This document shows positions 53,024-64,000 of a DNA stretch of 64,000 bases, in pieces. This stretch comes from Octopus bimaculoides. Its lineage: Eukaryota. Location of the stretch: the NCBI RefSeq assembly GCF_001194135.2, contig NC_068995.1, positions 58,019,777-58,083,776 on the forward strand. The letters are read 5' to 3'. The first letter of the stretch is position 1, and every line of letters starts with the position of its first letter. The notes under the pieces were generated by a model. It had not been told where the DNA came from. It ran no database searches and saw only the letters and a program-made list of their open reading frames with translations. The position numbers and the translations under genes were made by a program.

Positions 53024-54659
53024 NNNNNNNNNNNNNNNNNNNNNNNNNNNNNNNNNNNNNNNNNNNNNNNNNNNNNNNNNNNNNNNNNNNNNNNNNNNNN
53101 NNNNNNNNNNNNNNNNNNNNNNNNNNNNNNNNNNNNNNNNNNNNNNNNNNNNNNNNNNNNNNNNNNNNNNNNNNNNNNNNNNNNNNNNNNNNNNNNNNNN
53201 NNNNNNNNNNNNNNNNNNNNNNNNNNNNNNNNNNNNNNNNNNNNNNNNNNNNNNNNNNNNNNNNNNNNNNNNNNNNNNNNNNNNNNNNNNNNNNNNNNNN
53301 NNNNNNNNNNNNNNNNNNNNNNNNNNNNNNNNNNNNNNNNNNNNNNNNNNNNNNNNNNNNNNNNNNNNNNNNNNNNNNNNNNNNNNNNNNNNNNNNNNNN
53401 NNNNNNNNNNNNNNNNNNNNNNNNNNNNNNNNNNNNNNNNNNNNNNNNNNNNNNNNNNNNNNNNNNNNNNNNNNNNNNNNNNNNNNNNNNNNNNNNNNNN
53501 NNNNNNNNNNNNNNNNNNNNNNNNNNNNNNNNNNNNNNNNNNNNNNNNNNNNNNNNNNNNNNNNNNNNNNNNNNNNNNNNNNNNNNNNNNNNNNNNNNNN
53601 NNNNNNNNNNNNNNNNNNNNNNNNNNNNNNNNNNNNNNNNNNNNNNNNNNNNNNNNNNNNNNNNNNNNNNNNNNNNNNNNNNNNNNNNNNNNNNNNNNNN
53701 NNNNNNNNNNNNNNNNNNNNNNNNNNNNNNNNNNNNNNNNNNNNNNNNNNNNNNNNTGCTGAATGGACCAACAACAATTACATACCACCAATTCACAATC
53801 AAAGACAATAATGATGAAAGGAGCCATAATTTTTTTTTTAATAATATATATGTGTTTGTGTATTTCAAAGGAATCTGTTTATTTTTTTTTTTTTAAGAGT
53901 AAAAAAAAATAAAATTCTATGCACGTTCTGTTGAAACACTATGTAATAGGATTGTGGCTAAATCACCATTTCGTATCTGCCTACAGAGACTACACATGTC
54001 GGGCACATGTCAGTGGAACTGGTTATCCAAAGCTAGAGGAATGTTAGCGGAGAGGACCGTGTGTGTGAATGAGAAATCAGTAAATAAAACGCGGATACAT
54101 AGCCATGAAAGTAAACGTTGATTCCAGCTCCACTTGCAAAATTATTTCTTAAAATTCTTGTGTATAATTATTATACCATCGAAGAGGAACGGAATTCTTT
54201 CACTTTCTCCACTCATGCGTGAATCGGAAACTTTGTACATCAGTTACATTAATTAGTTCAAACTAGTTTCTCAAAAACAAAGTATCAGTTAATTATTTTC
54301 AGTTAATTTAGGAGTCGATTTTCAGCGCCATTACCACCCAATTGGATGTGCCTTACTTTCCAACGTTTAATTTATTTACTCCCGTCTTCTCCCGCCCTCT
54401 TTTGCAGTATATATTATTTGATTAGTAGATATATATGCTCGGTAAGCAAAAGCTGGCTCGGTTCCTTTCAGTGGATTCACTTGCTTTTCTCATTTGTTAT
54501 TTACATAGGTGTATTTATTTATTTTACAAAATTCTTAATCATTAATTTATTTATATTTATAAAAGGTGTGCAATTTATTAATAATTTAGATGTGCTTAGC
54601 GAAGCGTGCGGCGAAGTCTTCGACAATATGTCATTCCATTCACATCCGACATGCATGCA

Positions 54660-54810
54660 TTACAGGAATATAAAGCAACCCAGTACTTAATTATTGATCC
54701 CGGAAAGGCAAAGTTCACCTCGGTGGGATTTGAAATGGATATGTAAAGGGCCGTAACTAATTCTCAGTAACATTTTGTCGGATGTTCTAACGTGTCTGCC
54801 AACTACCTCT
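54660..54810 (-). mobile_element. Nin-like SINE fragment
   Basis: cagtacttaattattgatcccggaaaggcaaagttcacctcggtgggatttgaa. Confidence 0.6.
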
Positions 54811-55902
54811 TATCGTAGATAAAACAATTCCAGGTAATAAAATATCCTTTCTTCGGTGAAGGGCATTCTCAGCAGAGAACGTTATTTTAGTTTCCTTTTT
54901 CTCTCCACTCACTGACCTTACTAATATCTCCGCTTTATATTTTCAGATTTTCATGTGTTTTAATGCCCATCACTAGTAGCATTCGAAAGTTCTAATGAAC
55001 ATTTCATCATTTACCGATACAACCAGAGTGTAACTGGATGAATATTTGTGACATAGGCTAATGCTTACAGCTTTAATGGGGAGGGCGAGATCTCTAGGAG
55101 TTAGTTCAAAGGAGAAGAAATTGAAGTTGGGGGAAAATGTTGTTGACTAACAAAACGTAGCAGAGTGGCACAGGCGTAGCAGCTACAACCAAATATCAAA
55201 ACTGGGTCACGATAAACTGGGAGTTTGCAATGTTAGCGTGTAAGGGTTGCGGCCTCGTTATGAATAGATGGGCTCTTAATGTAATAAAATGGGTGAAGGA
55301 AGTGTCATTAACAGAAATTGATGGATTTAATATATATGTCGTGAAACATATCAGTGCTGTTGTAGTTTAGCCACAGGTGAGTGAGCCTTGAGTAAACAAA
55401 TCAATGATCAAAGGTGTTTCAACCGTGCTCATCTCGTCATGTTGTGTATATATATATATATATATGTGTATATGTATATGTATGTATATATATATATATA
55501 TGTATGTATTACGACATTGTTTTTTTTATTTAGATAATAGGATGTGATTTTCAGAGATAACACTGCTATTTCTTGCGGGTCGAAACAACCATAGTCTCCT
55601 TCGTTAGCTTCTTTAAAAAGAATCGCAGGATCTCTTCTGTTTGGCTTCACTTTTTGAAGTTTTAGGATTGAAAAGTGAAAGCCAAATAGAAAAGATCCGA
55701 ATCGCAATCCTCTCCACCCTGTATAAAACTAAATATAGATTTTAAAATGCGATTAAGCGACAAGAAGTTTTGCTTTGTTGAAGCTAATTAATACAAAGTA
55801 AACATCTTTAAACGGTAGTTTAGTAAACATGAAATATCGAACTGAAAGGTTAATAACTAATCAGAAAGATAATATGAATGAAATGAACAACTTGCTTATC
55901 CA

Positions 55903-56573
55903 CATGGTACCGTTGGGGGGGGGGGTATTTTAACATGAACACACTATATCCAGGGCCGAGATTCCGAATATGCAAAAGAATCTGCATTTCAAATTTTAAA
56001 TCCACCCTCTTCACCCACCCCCAATGCTAGAAACGCGTTTTCAAATTTTAATACGAGTTAGCAAAGAAAAAAATTTCAAAATTGAAATCCGCCCCAACCG
56101 GAAATCTGACAAGCTAGAAACAACAGCCAAACGAAGGACCAACATTCTAAATACGAATTACCAAAAGAGAAAAAAAAATTTTTTATGTCATTTTGTTGTG
56201 TGTGTAAAAATCTAATTTTTACATACCTCTCTTAATTCCAAAAGACCCTCAACCACATGTTGGGGTTATGTTCGTCATGAAACATTAGGACNNNNNNNNN
56301 NNNNNNNNNNNNNNNNNNNNNNNNNNNNNNNNNNNNNNNNNNNNNNNNNNNNNNNNNGAATCCTCTCTGTATTTTTCAACGTATTTCACTCCCCCAAATT
56401 TTTTTTTAAAGTGAAAGTTTAAGAAAATTATGCGGGTGGGTGGAGGGTTGTGTTAAATTTTGAAATGCAGATTTTTTTTTTGCAGATTCGGAATCTCCGC
56501 CCTCGATATAGTGTGTTCCTGTAAAAAAAAACTAATTAAAATTTTAAAAAATCGCAAAGGGGTGCGGTCCATG
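55903..56573. mobile_element. Non-autonomous DNA-transposon-like element with long subterminal inverted repeats
   Basis: Arms 55937-56020 and 56434-56518 (gaacacactatatc..gggc.gagattccgaat.tgcaaaa..aatctgcatttcaaa...). Outer ends catggtaccg and the reverse complement catggaccg. Contains a gap. Confidence 0.65.
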
Positions 56574-57299
56574 ATTTTTTTACCTCCGCCCATGATACCA
56601 CCGCCTGATCGAGTAGACTTGTGGGCGGAGGTAAAGAATACGTACATCACCCGTTTTCAGCGTAACAAAAACCCTAACCCTAAACACCGGGTGTCGCCGA
56701 CTTACGATTAAAGGCATTCCAGTCGTTTCCCTTCCTTATTTAATTGAAATGACTGCTGTTTCTAGCGAGACGAAACCCCAATTAGAGGCTTTGCAAACAC
56801 TGTTTAACAGCCCAAGTCAGTCTTAATCGAGGAGCAGAGAACCAAATGATCGAACATGTTCCAGCCTCGACCATCTCATCTTTCTTTCTTCATCTATTGA
56901 TAGTGTACTGCATTACCCAGACAGCAGTTGTGATTTAAGGGAAATTTGGTAGCTATTTGTACCAGGTTAAGGGCCACGTTTCAATCGTAAATCACAACGT
57001 CACACACACACACACACACTTTTAAATAGCATTTTGTGAGAGAGAATTCAAAAACTTCCCTGTCTAGATAAATTAAGTAGTGTTTCTTGGACATAAAAGT
57101 TATATTCTGTAAATCATTCGAGAAATAATATCTCAATGTATTACGTGGGGTCGCAAGGACATGGCTAAGATTCTCAGAGAGAACAGCGAATGTCTTACGA
57201 GATACCAAAGCTGGTGGTATTCTAAAGAAATAAAAAGATATAGCTCCTTCCCGAGTCATGTAGAATCGTGAGATCGGTATCCCAGATTCTTATGCGTAT

Positions 57300-57490
57300 A
57301 TATCCACACACACCCCACCAGGGACTGGGCGCCGATCCGTCGCAGGGATACTAGTTCTTGCCGGCAGAGTGAACCGAAGCAACGTGAAATGAAGAATTTT
57401 ACTCAGGAAGACAGCGCATCGCCGGACCTAGGAATCGAAACCACAATCCTGAGTCCAACACCCCCTGATCACTAAGCCACACACCTACAC
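57300..57490 (-). mobile_element. tRNA-derived SINE (Meta/Deu-like core)
   Basis: The reverse complement starts gtgtggcttagtgatcagg...gtggtttcgattcctaggtccggcgatgcg...cttcatttcacgttgcttcggttcactc. Confidence 0.65.
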
Positions 57491-57530
57491 TATATACATT
57501 TTATATATATATATAAGTTAGATAAGGTCG

Positions 57531-57602
57531 GTTTATGAGATTACCTTAGGTTTCACGTCCATAAAGGGTTTAGCTTTATGGCGTATCATCAGAACCCAAA
57601 AC
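57531..57602 (-). ncRNA. Type I hammerhead ribozyme, apparently intact core
   Basis: guuuuggguu-CUGAUGA-u-acgCCAUAAAG(cuaaacc)CUUUAUGG-a-cgu-GAAA-cc(uaa)g-GUA^aucucauaaac. All core nucleotides are present and stems I, II and III can be built by eye. Predicted cleavage is between 57542 and 57541. Confidence 0.75.
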
Positions 57603-57634
57603 TTGTTAGCTTAAGGCTTCACTAGAATAAATAG

Positions 57635-57704
<70 letters not shown>

Positions 57705-59326
57705 CACACTGGAGTAAAATGAAAATATAGTAAAGGCTGAGTTGGTAATTTATTGCTAATAGCAACCAGGTAGGAGGAGGAGGAAGAGTAGGATATATAT
57801 CTTCAGACTGAAACCGTATTTTCGGACACAAACTACATATGTGGGTGCGTGTGTATGTGAAAGTTTATTTTGTGTTAGGAGTACATCTTTTGAATCAGAA
57901 AATTAATTAAAAACGATGTTGCCTTGAGCAGGACTCAAATATTTAAGATCCAGCTTGTTAAATCCTGTTTCCATTAAAAGCTGTATTGATTGAATAGTTT
58001 CCTCATCGAACTATAATGAATCGCTGTAGCTGCGCTCGATACTAGATATACACCCATTTCACACAAACACACAGTGTATATATATGTGTGTATAAACAAA
58101 ATATGCATATATGTATACATGTATGTGTATATTACACATGTAAATATTTACATCGATATAAATAGAGAGCGAGAGAGACTGTGGGGAGGCGGTAGTTCCG
58201 CTGTTTTGCTGAGGTTTATTTCGTTTTTGTTTTTTTTTTTCTTTTTACATTCCCTAAATTGTTTTAGAAAGGACGAACCCTCGTCTTATTTAAAAGAGTA
58301 AATCAAAGTTTACCTGCCTTTGGGACCTCCGCCAACATTCATTTGGAGTGTGACAAATATTGGAACTATGCCCATCACTAAACTCTGCAGTGTATATACT
58401 GCGGAAGACACTACGCGGTCGCTCAGCATGCTAAAAATAGTAGCCAAATCCCCCTCATATCAAACCCTACCTTCTTAGATAGACATAGTTGGTGTAGCCT
58501 TCGGTGCATTGTACACGCGAAGAGATCGATTGGTCACGATTGGAAAACTTGGATCATTCATATGTTGTCTCGATGTGAGCTGAGCTGAAACTAAATAACA
58601 CTACATTGACACATTACACTGAGCCAAACTGGTAGACAAAAAAGGCAACCTAATCACCCTCACATCACACCCTGACTACCGGCTCCTTGTGTGTAGTGTT
58701 CAAGCCGGTTGCAAAGTGACAAGATTGTTGGAGTTAAGACAGTTCCAAGGGTTTGTAAATGCGTAATTGAGTTAGTGTACGCAGATATGTAGGTGCCTGC
58801 ATCTGCACTTGTGTTCCCCGTGAAAATCACCCTTTGGTACTTGCGCGCGTGTGCATCATGACTTTTTTTACATGTCTTTGTAGATGCACATAAGCAAGTG
58901 TGTGCATATATTTATGCATGTATATATATATATATATATATATATATNNNNNNNNNNNNNNNNNNNNNNNNNNNNNNNNNNNNNNNNNNNNNNNNNNNNN
59001 NNNNNNNNNNNNNNNNNNNNNNNNNNNNNNNNNNNNNNNNNNNNNNNNNNNNNNNNNNNNNNNNNNNNNNNNNNNNNNNNNNNNNNNNNNNNNNNNNNNN
59101 NNNNNNNNNNNNNNNNNNNNNNNNNNNNNNNNNNNNNNNNNNNNNNNNNNNNNNNNNNNNNNNNNNNNNNNNNNNNNNNNNNNNNNNNNNNNNNNNNNNN
59201 NNNNNNNNNNNNNNNNNNNNNNNNNNNNNNNNNNNNNNNNNNNNNNNNNNNNNNNNNNNNNNNNNNNNNNNNNNNNNNNNNNNNNNNNNNNNNNNNNNNN
59301 NNNNNNNNNNNNNNNNNNNNNNNTAT

Positions 59327-59560
59327 ATGTTTCAGCCCAAAGGCCATAGCCATACTGGAGCACCGCCAGTGTAATCACTTTTTCACTAACCATTCTTATG
59401 CGATTGGCTTTTGGTGACGGAGGAAGTTCGACACACCTGCGTTCTTATGAGTTTCTTGCTGATATAAGTGCATCTGGGATTTTGGACAGCAGGAGATCAA
59501 GTGGTTTATTCAAAACACCTAGCTTTATATTTACTAAATGTACATCTCAGATATTTGTAT
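59327..59560 (-). mobile_element. CR1-like LINE short 3'-end copy with (AT)n tail
   Basis: Colinear with 35830-36070 and 59640-59870. Confidence 0.7.
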
Positions 59561-59562
59561 GC

Positions 59563-59621
<59 letters not shown>

Positions 59622-59639
59622 AATGCACAAATCGTTTGC

Positions 59640-60985
59640 TTTATATGTTTCTGGCCAAGCTGGAGTAACGCCAATGTCATCACCTTTTCAGTGGCCATTC
59701 TTATATGATCGGCTTTCGATGAAGGGAAGGGGTTTGACACAACTGCCTCTTTTAAGTTTCTTGCTGTAACATAGCTAAATCTGGGTCCTTGGACAGCAGA
59801 AGATCAAGATGTTTGCTGAAAATATCTACCCCTACTCCATGAAGATCTCTTAGATATTTTGGCCAGACACTAAGTAGCTGTGGGCATTTGAATCCCAAGC
59901 TATTGCATTACATGGTTCTCACTCTGGACAGGATAGCTGGGACCTTTCGGAACAGTGTAATGATGTCCAGTTTGGAGGCTGGTATAGCTCTTGATACCAA
60001 AGTTTAGTGCCAGCCTCTCCAGGATCTACATATATCACTACAGACATCTCCCGTCTTTGCTCCCAGAAACTCAACTGTTGATGCAATCTTCCTGGTGTAG
60101 CACTGCTTAATTGCCTCAAGTTCTACTATTAACTTGACACTGTAGGGTGACAACAGTTGAGAGCAGCAGTCCAGACAGCAGAGTACAAATGTCCTCCACA
60201 CAACCAGTGTAGTTCCCTCATCCCTTGTTCTGAAGGTCCTCAGAATCCATCCGGCCATTCGCCTCCACACTGCCAACATCTTGGTGATATGTACGTGAAA
60301 CAAGGCAACATTGCTCATATCAATTCCCACATCACACACACTGCATTTGACTCTGGGATTGCCATTTCTTTTGGTCCAGAGTACCATTGTTGCAGGTGTG
60401 AGCACCAATTAGCTGGTAGTGGAAGGCTTGGAATTTACCTGAATTAAGTTGCATGTTGCTTTCTTCAGCCCATTTATATATGGCATCTAAGTCTTTCTGT
60501 GGAAGATTAGCCCCAGAAGGTTCCTTGACTACTTGTACTGTTCTTGTGTCATCAGCATAACTAGTAAGTGTGGCTGTCTGTGTAACTGGTGGCATGTCTA
60601 AAAGAACCACCATGAACAGTAGTGGACTTCCAAGAGGCTCTCCACTCACTATTACTGTCTCTTTGGAGAGGACTCCATTGGCTGTCACAGCATGGCTTCT
60701 GTCTTTTTAGAAGTCATATAACCGCTGCCCTAGTTTTCTGACTATGCTGAGTCTCTGTAGCTTGTAACATCTCCATCCCAGGATCGACTTTATCAAGAGC
60801 CTTTGCAAAGACAAAATATATCACATCCACATTGAGCAGTTCGTTGGTTGTTTCAACAGCCATAATGCTGCAAAAGTTGTGTAAGGCAGCTTCTTCCTGA
60901 GCAGAAACTGTGCGTTGTCAGGGAGCAAGTCATTATCTTTGAGGAACGCGATCAGTTTCCTCTTGACAATGTGTTCCATGACTTT
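59640..60985 (-). mobile_element. CR1-like LINE, RT domain to 3' end, pseudogenised
   Basis: KVMEHIVKRKLIAFLKDNDLLPDN...VDVIYFVFAKALDKVD...GSPLLFMVVLLDMP...TSYADDTR...QKDLDAIYKWAEESNMQLNSGKFQ...MAGWILRTFRTRD. Confidence 0.88.
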
Positions 60986-61189
60986 GCATATATATATATA
61001 TATATATANNNNNNNNNNACACATGTACCTCCTCTATAGCAAGACACCTGTTTTAGCTTCTCTGTCCCTCTGTCTCACTATAACCTTTCATCATCTGACC
61101 CAAGATCACCTCCGCCAATGCCCCCTCCCCTCTCAAAATTCCTTGTCTTGCAAGTTACTTGGTAGCCCTGCAGGTGCTGGTACCATGCA

Positions 61190-61452
61190 AAAAGCATCCA
61201 GTTCACACTGAAGTGGTTGGCATTTGGAAGGGCATCCAGCTGTAAAAACCATGCTAAAGTGACCTCACCTGTGTTGGTGCCACGTAAAAAGCACTCTGTC
61301 CACTCTATGGGGTGATTGGTGTTAGGAAGGGAATCCAGCAGTCAAAACCCTGCCAAAACAGACACAACAGCCTGGTTAAGTCTTCTGCCTGGCCAACTCC
61401 TGTCAAACTGTCGAACCCATGCCAGCATGGAAGACAGATGTTAAATGATGAT
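61190..61452 (+). mobile_element. RTE 3' UTR/tail fragment(s)
   Basis: ggaagggcatccagctgtaaaaacc...aacccatgccagcatggaagacagatgttaaatgatgat. Confidence 0.75.
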
Positions 61453-62189
61453 ACATACATATATATATATATANNNNNNNNNNTACATACACACGCTCAC
61501 ACACACACACACACTGTAATAAATGATACAAACTATTCATTCTAAAATTAAAGACCTAGTGATATCAGTCTTTTACTTTTCTTTAAACAAACATCAACTT
61601 TCTGCTATTCCAGGTTTTGCAATAATCATTAAAAAATAGCAAGTGGAATCATTCACTCATGTTGAAGTATACTTGCCTTTTCCTGCCCTGCCTCACACGT
61701 ATCACAATGTGGCAGTCAGCAGAACTAGAAAGAAACATATTTTGCAACTGCACGGAGTAAATAATCACAATCAAGTAATTCTTTTTCAGAATAAAATTTT
61801 CAGTAAAAGTTTTACTGATAAAAGAATTATTAAATAATACCTGCATCGTCTCTGTCTGCTCAGTATTGTTGTGTGATCGTTTTGCTGCATTTTGGATCAA
61901 TTTTCATTTTGGGTACTATTAAAGGATATCTTAAAGAGAAAAAGTTGTTTTTTTCCTTCAGATTGTTCACTGCAAAATCTATCACATGTATACATATCTA
62001 AAAAAAAACAAATTTTTCTACATTTTAACTTTATTAAATTATCATTCCTATTACTTTGAAGTAAAGTACATCTTCTTCAATATTGATGTACTCAGTTTTT
62101 GCCTCTTTGGTTACAGGTAAAGTGGCAAAGAAATCTGCTGGTTTGTTCACTTGTCCCAGAGATGTGGTGAACACACTTTGGAACTGTTT

Positions 62190-63010
62190 GATCATCATCA
62201 TCGTTTAACATCTGCCTTCCATGCTAGCATGGGTTGGATGATTTGACTGAGGATTGGCGAACCGGATGGCTGCACCAGGCTCCAAATGAGTTGGCAGAGT
62301 TTCTACAGTTGGATGCCCTTCCTAGCACCAACCACTCCGAGAGTGTAGTGGGTGCTTTTATGTGCCACCAGCACGAAGGCCAGTCAGGCGGTACTGGCAA
62401 CGGCCACGCTCAAAATGGTGTATTTTACATGCCACCTGCACAGGAGTCAGTCCAGCGGCACTGGCAACGACCTCGCTCAAATGCTTTTTCACGTGCCACC
62501 AGCACAAGTACCAGTAAGGCGACGCTGGTAACAATCACACTCAAATGGTGCCATTTACGTTCCACTGGCACAGAAGCCAGATGGCTGCTCTGGCAATGAT
62601 CAGGCTCAGTTAGTGCTCGTGCCATCACGATTTCGATTTCACTTCCTCCAACAAGTCTTCGCAAGCCGAGTTTAGTGTCTAATGAAGGAGAGGTTGGCAT
62701 AGATGCCAGTCATCGAATTTGGTTCGATTTAGATTTCACTTTCCTCAACAGGTCTTCACAAGAAGAGCTTAGTGTCCAATGAAGGAAAGGTACGCATAAG
62801 TGGGCTACAACCCTGGCAGAGGCCTCGGATTATGGTCTCACTTGGCTTGCCTGGTCTTCTCACGCACAGCATATTTTCCAAAGGTCTCGGTCACAAGTCA
62901 TTACCTCGGTGAGGCCTAATGTTCAAAGGTCGTGCTTCACCACCTCATCCCAGGTCTTCCTGGGTCTACCTCTTTCACAGGTTCCCTCAACCTCTAGGGT
63001 GTGGCACTTT
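62190..63010 (-). mobile_element. RTE LINE RT terminus, full 3' UTR and tail
   Basis: VKKCHTLEVEGTCERGRPRKTWDEVVKHDL, then the UTR and the catcatcat tail at about 62190. Confidence 0.88.
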
Positions 63011-63059
63011 TTCACACACACACACACACAGATATACATATATATATACACACACATAC

Positions 63060-63907
63060 ACCCTGCGAATGGACAGAGATTTAGAGACGTATTACTCAAA
63101 GCCTTTGACGAAATAGAAGGGGATATAGCTTCACACGATGTAGAAGACAACAGGAGGTTTCTACAGGACAACTTGCTAAGGGCCACTGACCAAATCTGTG
63201 GATGGTGCAAAGTCCCCTCTCGACCGAAAATAACGTGGTGGTGGAAGAATGTTGTTGACAAGGCTATTAGAGAAAGGAAACAGGCTTGGAAAAACTGGAA
63301 GAACGGTGGTAGAAGGAAATTGTATCAGACTGCCAGAAGGGAAGCTAGGAGACAGGTTTATTTAGCCAGAGGGGAAGCAGATAAGAAAAAAATTGCCAAT
63401 ATTCTGAGCTGTGAGGACCAAAGACTTGAGGTATTTCGTGTTGCAAGACAGCGTGTGATAGAGAACCGTGATGTCGTGGGAGAGAAATGTGTTCGCATGG
63501 ATGATGGTTCACTTGCACTAAACGAGGCTGCAAAGAGAGAGGTTTGGAGACACCACTATGAAAGGTTGCTCAATAAAGAGAATGAATAGGAGAAAGAGAG
63601 TCTGCCGAATGTCAACCCAACAGAGGGACCAGCTATCCGAATTGACAGTACCTTGGTAGATAAAGCAATTAAGAGAATAAAGACAGGGAAAGCCCCCAGC
63701 CGATCAGGAATCACACAGAGATGCTCAAAATATCTAGCGGTGTTGGCTATAGCCTAGTCACCCGTATAGTTAACAACTAATTAGCAACAACTAGTGACCG
63801 AGACCTTTGGAAATATGCTGTGCTTGAGAAGACCAAGCAAGCCAAGTGAGACCATAATCCGTGGCCTATGCCAGGGGTGTAACTAGCCCACTTATGAGTA
63901 CCTTTCC

Positions 63908-63912
<5 letters not shown>
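63060..63912 (+). mobile_element. RTE LINE fragment: endonuclease-RT linker joined to the RT end/UTR start (most of RT deleted)
   Basis: RFRDVLLKAF...TWWWKNVVDKAIRERKQAWKNWK...VWRHHYERLLN...KAIKRIKTGKAP, then gtgaccgagacctttggaaatatgc. Confidence 0.85.
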
Positions 63913-63947
<35 letters not shown>

Positions 63948-63952
<5 letters not shown>

Positions 63953-64000
63953 TCATCATCATCATCATCGTTTAACGTCCGCTTTCCATGCTAGCATGGG
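63948..64000 (-). mobile_element. RTE tail running off the window end
   Basis: catcatcatcatcgtttaacgtccgctttccatgctagcatggg. Confidence 0.85.

Overview
This is AT-rich, repeat-dense metazoan nuclear DNA from a draft assembly with about 12 N-gaps, several of them next to (AT)n/(CT)n runs. The repeat families ((GAT)n-tailed RTE LINEs, tRNA-headed SINEs with an internal (AT)n, abundant dinucleotide microsatellites) look like those of octopod cephalopods; this is recognition from memory, not a database result. I found no intact protein-coding gene I can name. Every ORF I can recognise is a transposable-element relic: RTE, CR1-like, HERO-like and R4/Dong-like non-LTR retrotransposons, two Penelope-like elements, two mariners and one hAT. 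There are also several MITEs, including a hAT/Charlie-type copy with a perfect 8-bp TSD. The most interesting signals are: (1) an apparently complete type I hammerhead ribozyme on the minus strand at 57531-57602; (2) a CpG-decayed hammerhead at the end of a Penelope-like element (46742-46784) and a third partial core (36133-36174); (3) a ~320-nt near-perfect foldback hairpin at 40546-40865; (4) an RTE family with a C4HC3 PHD finger inside its RT domain; (5) a visible CpG-poor to CpG-rich transition near 50.5 kb, suggesting that 1-50 kb lies in the introns of a methylated gene whose small exons I can only tentatively point to.
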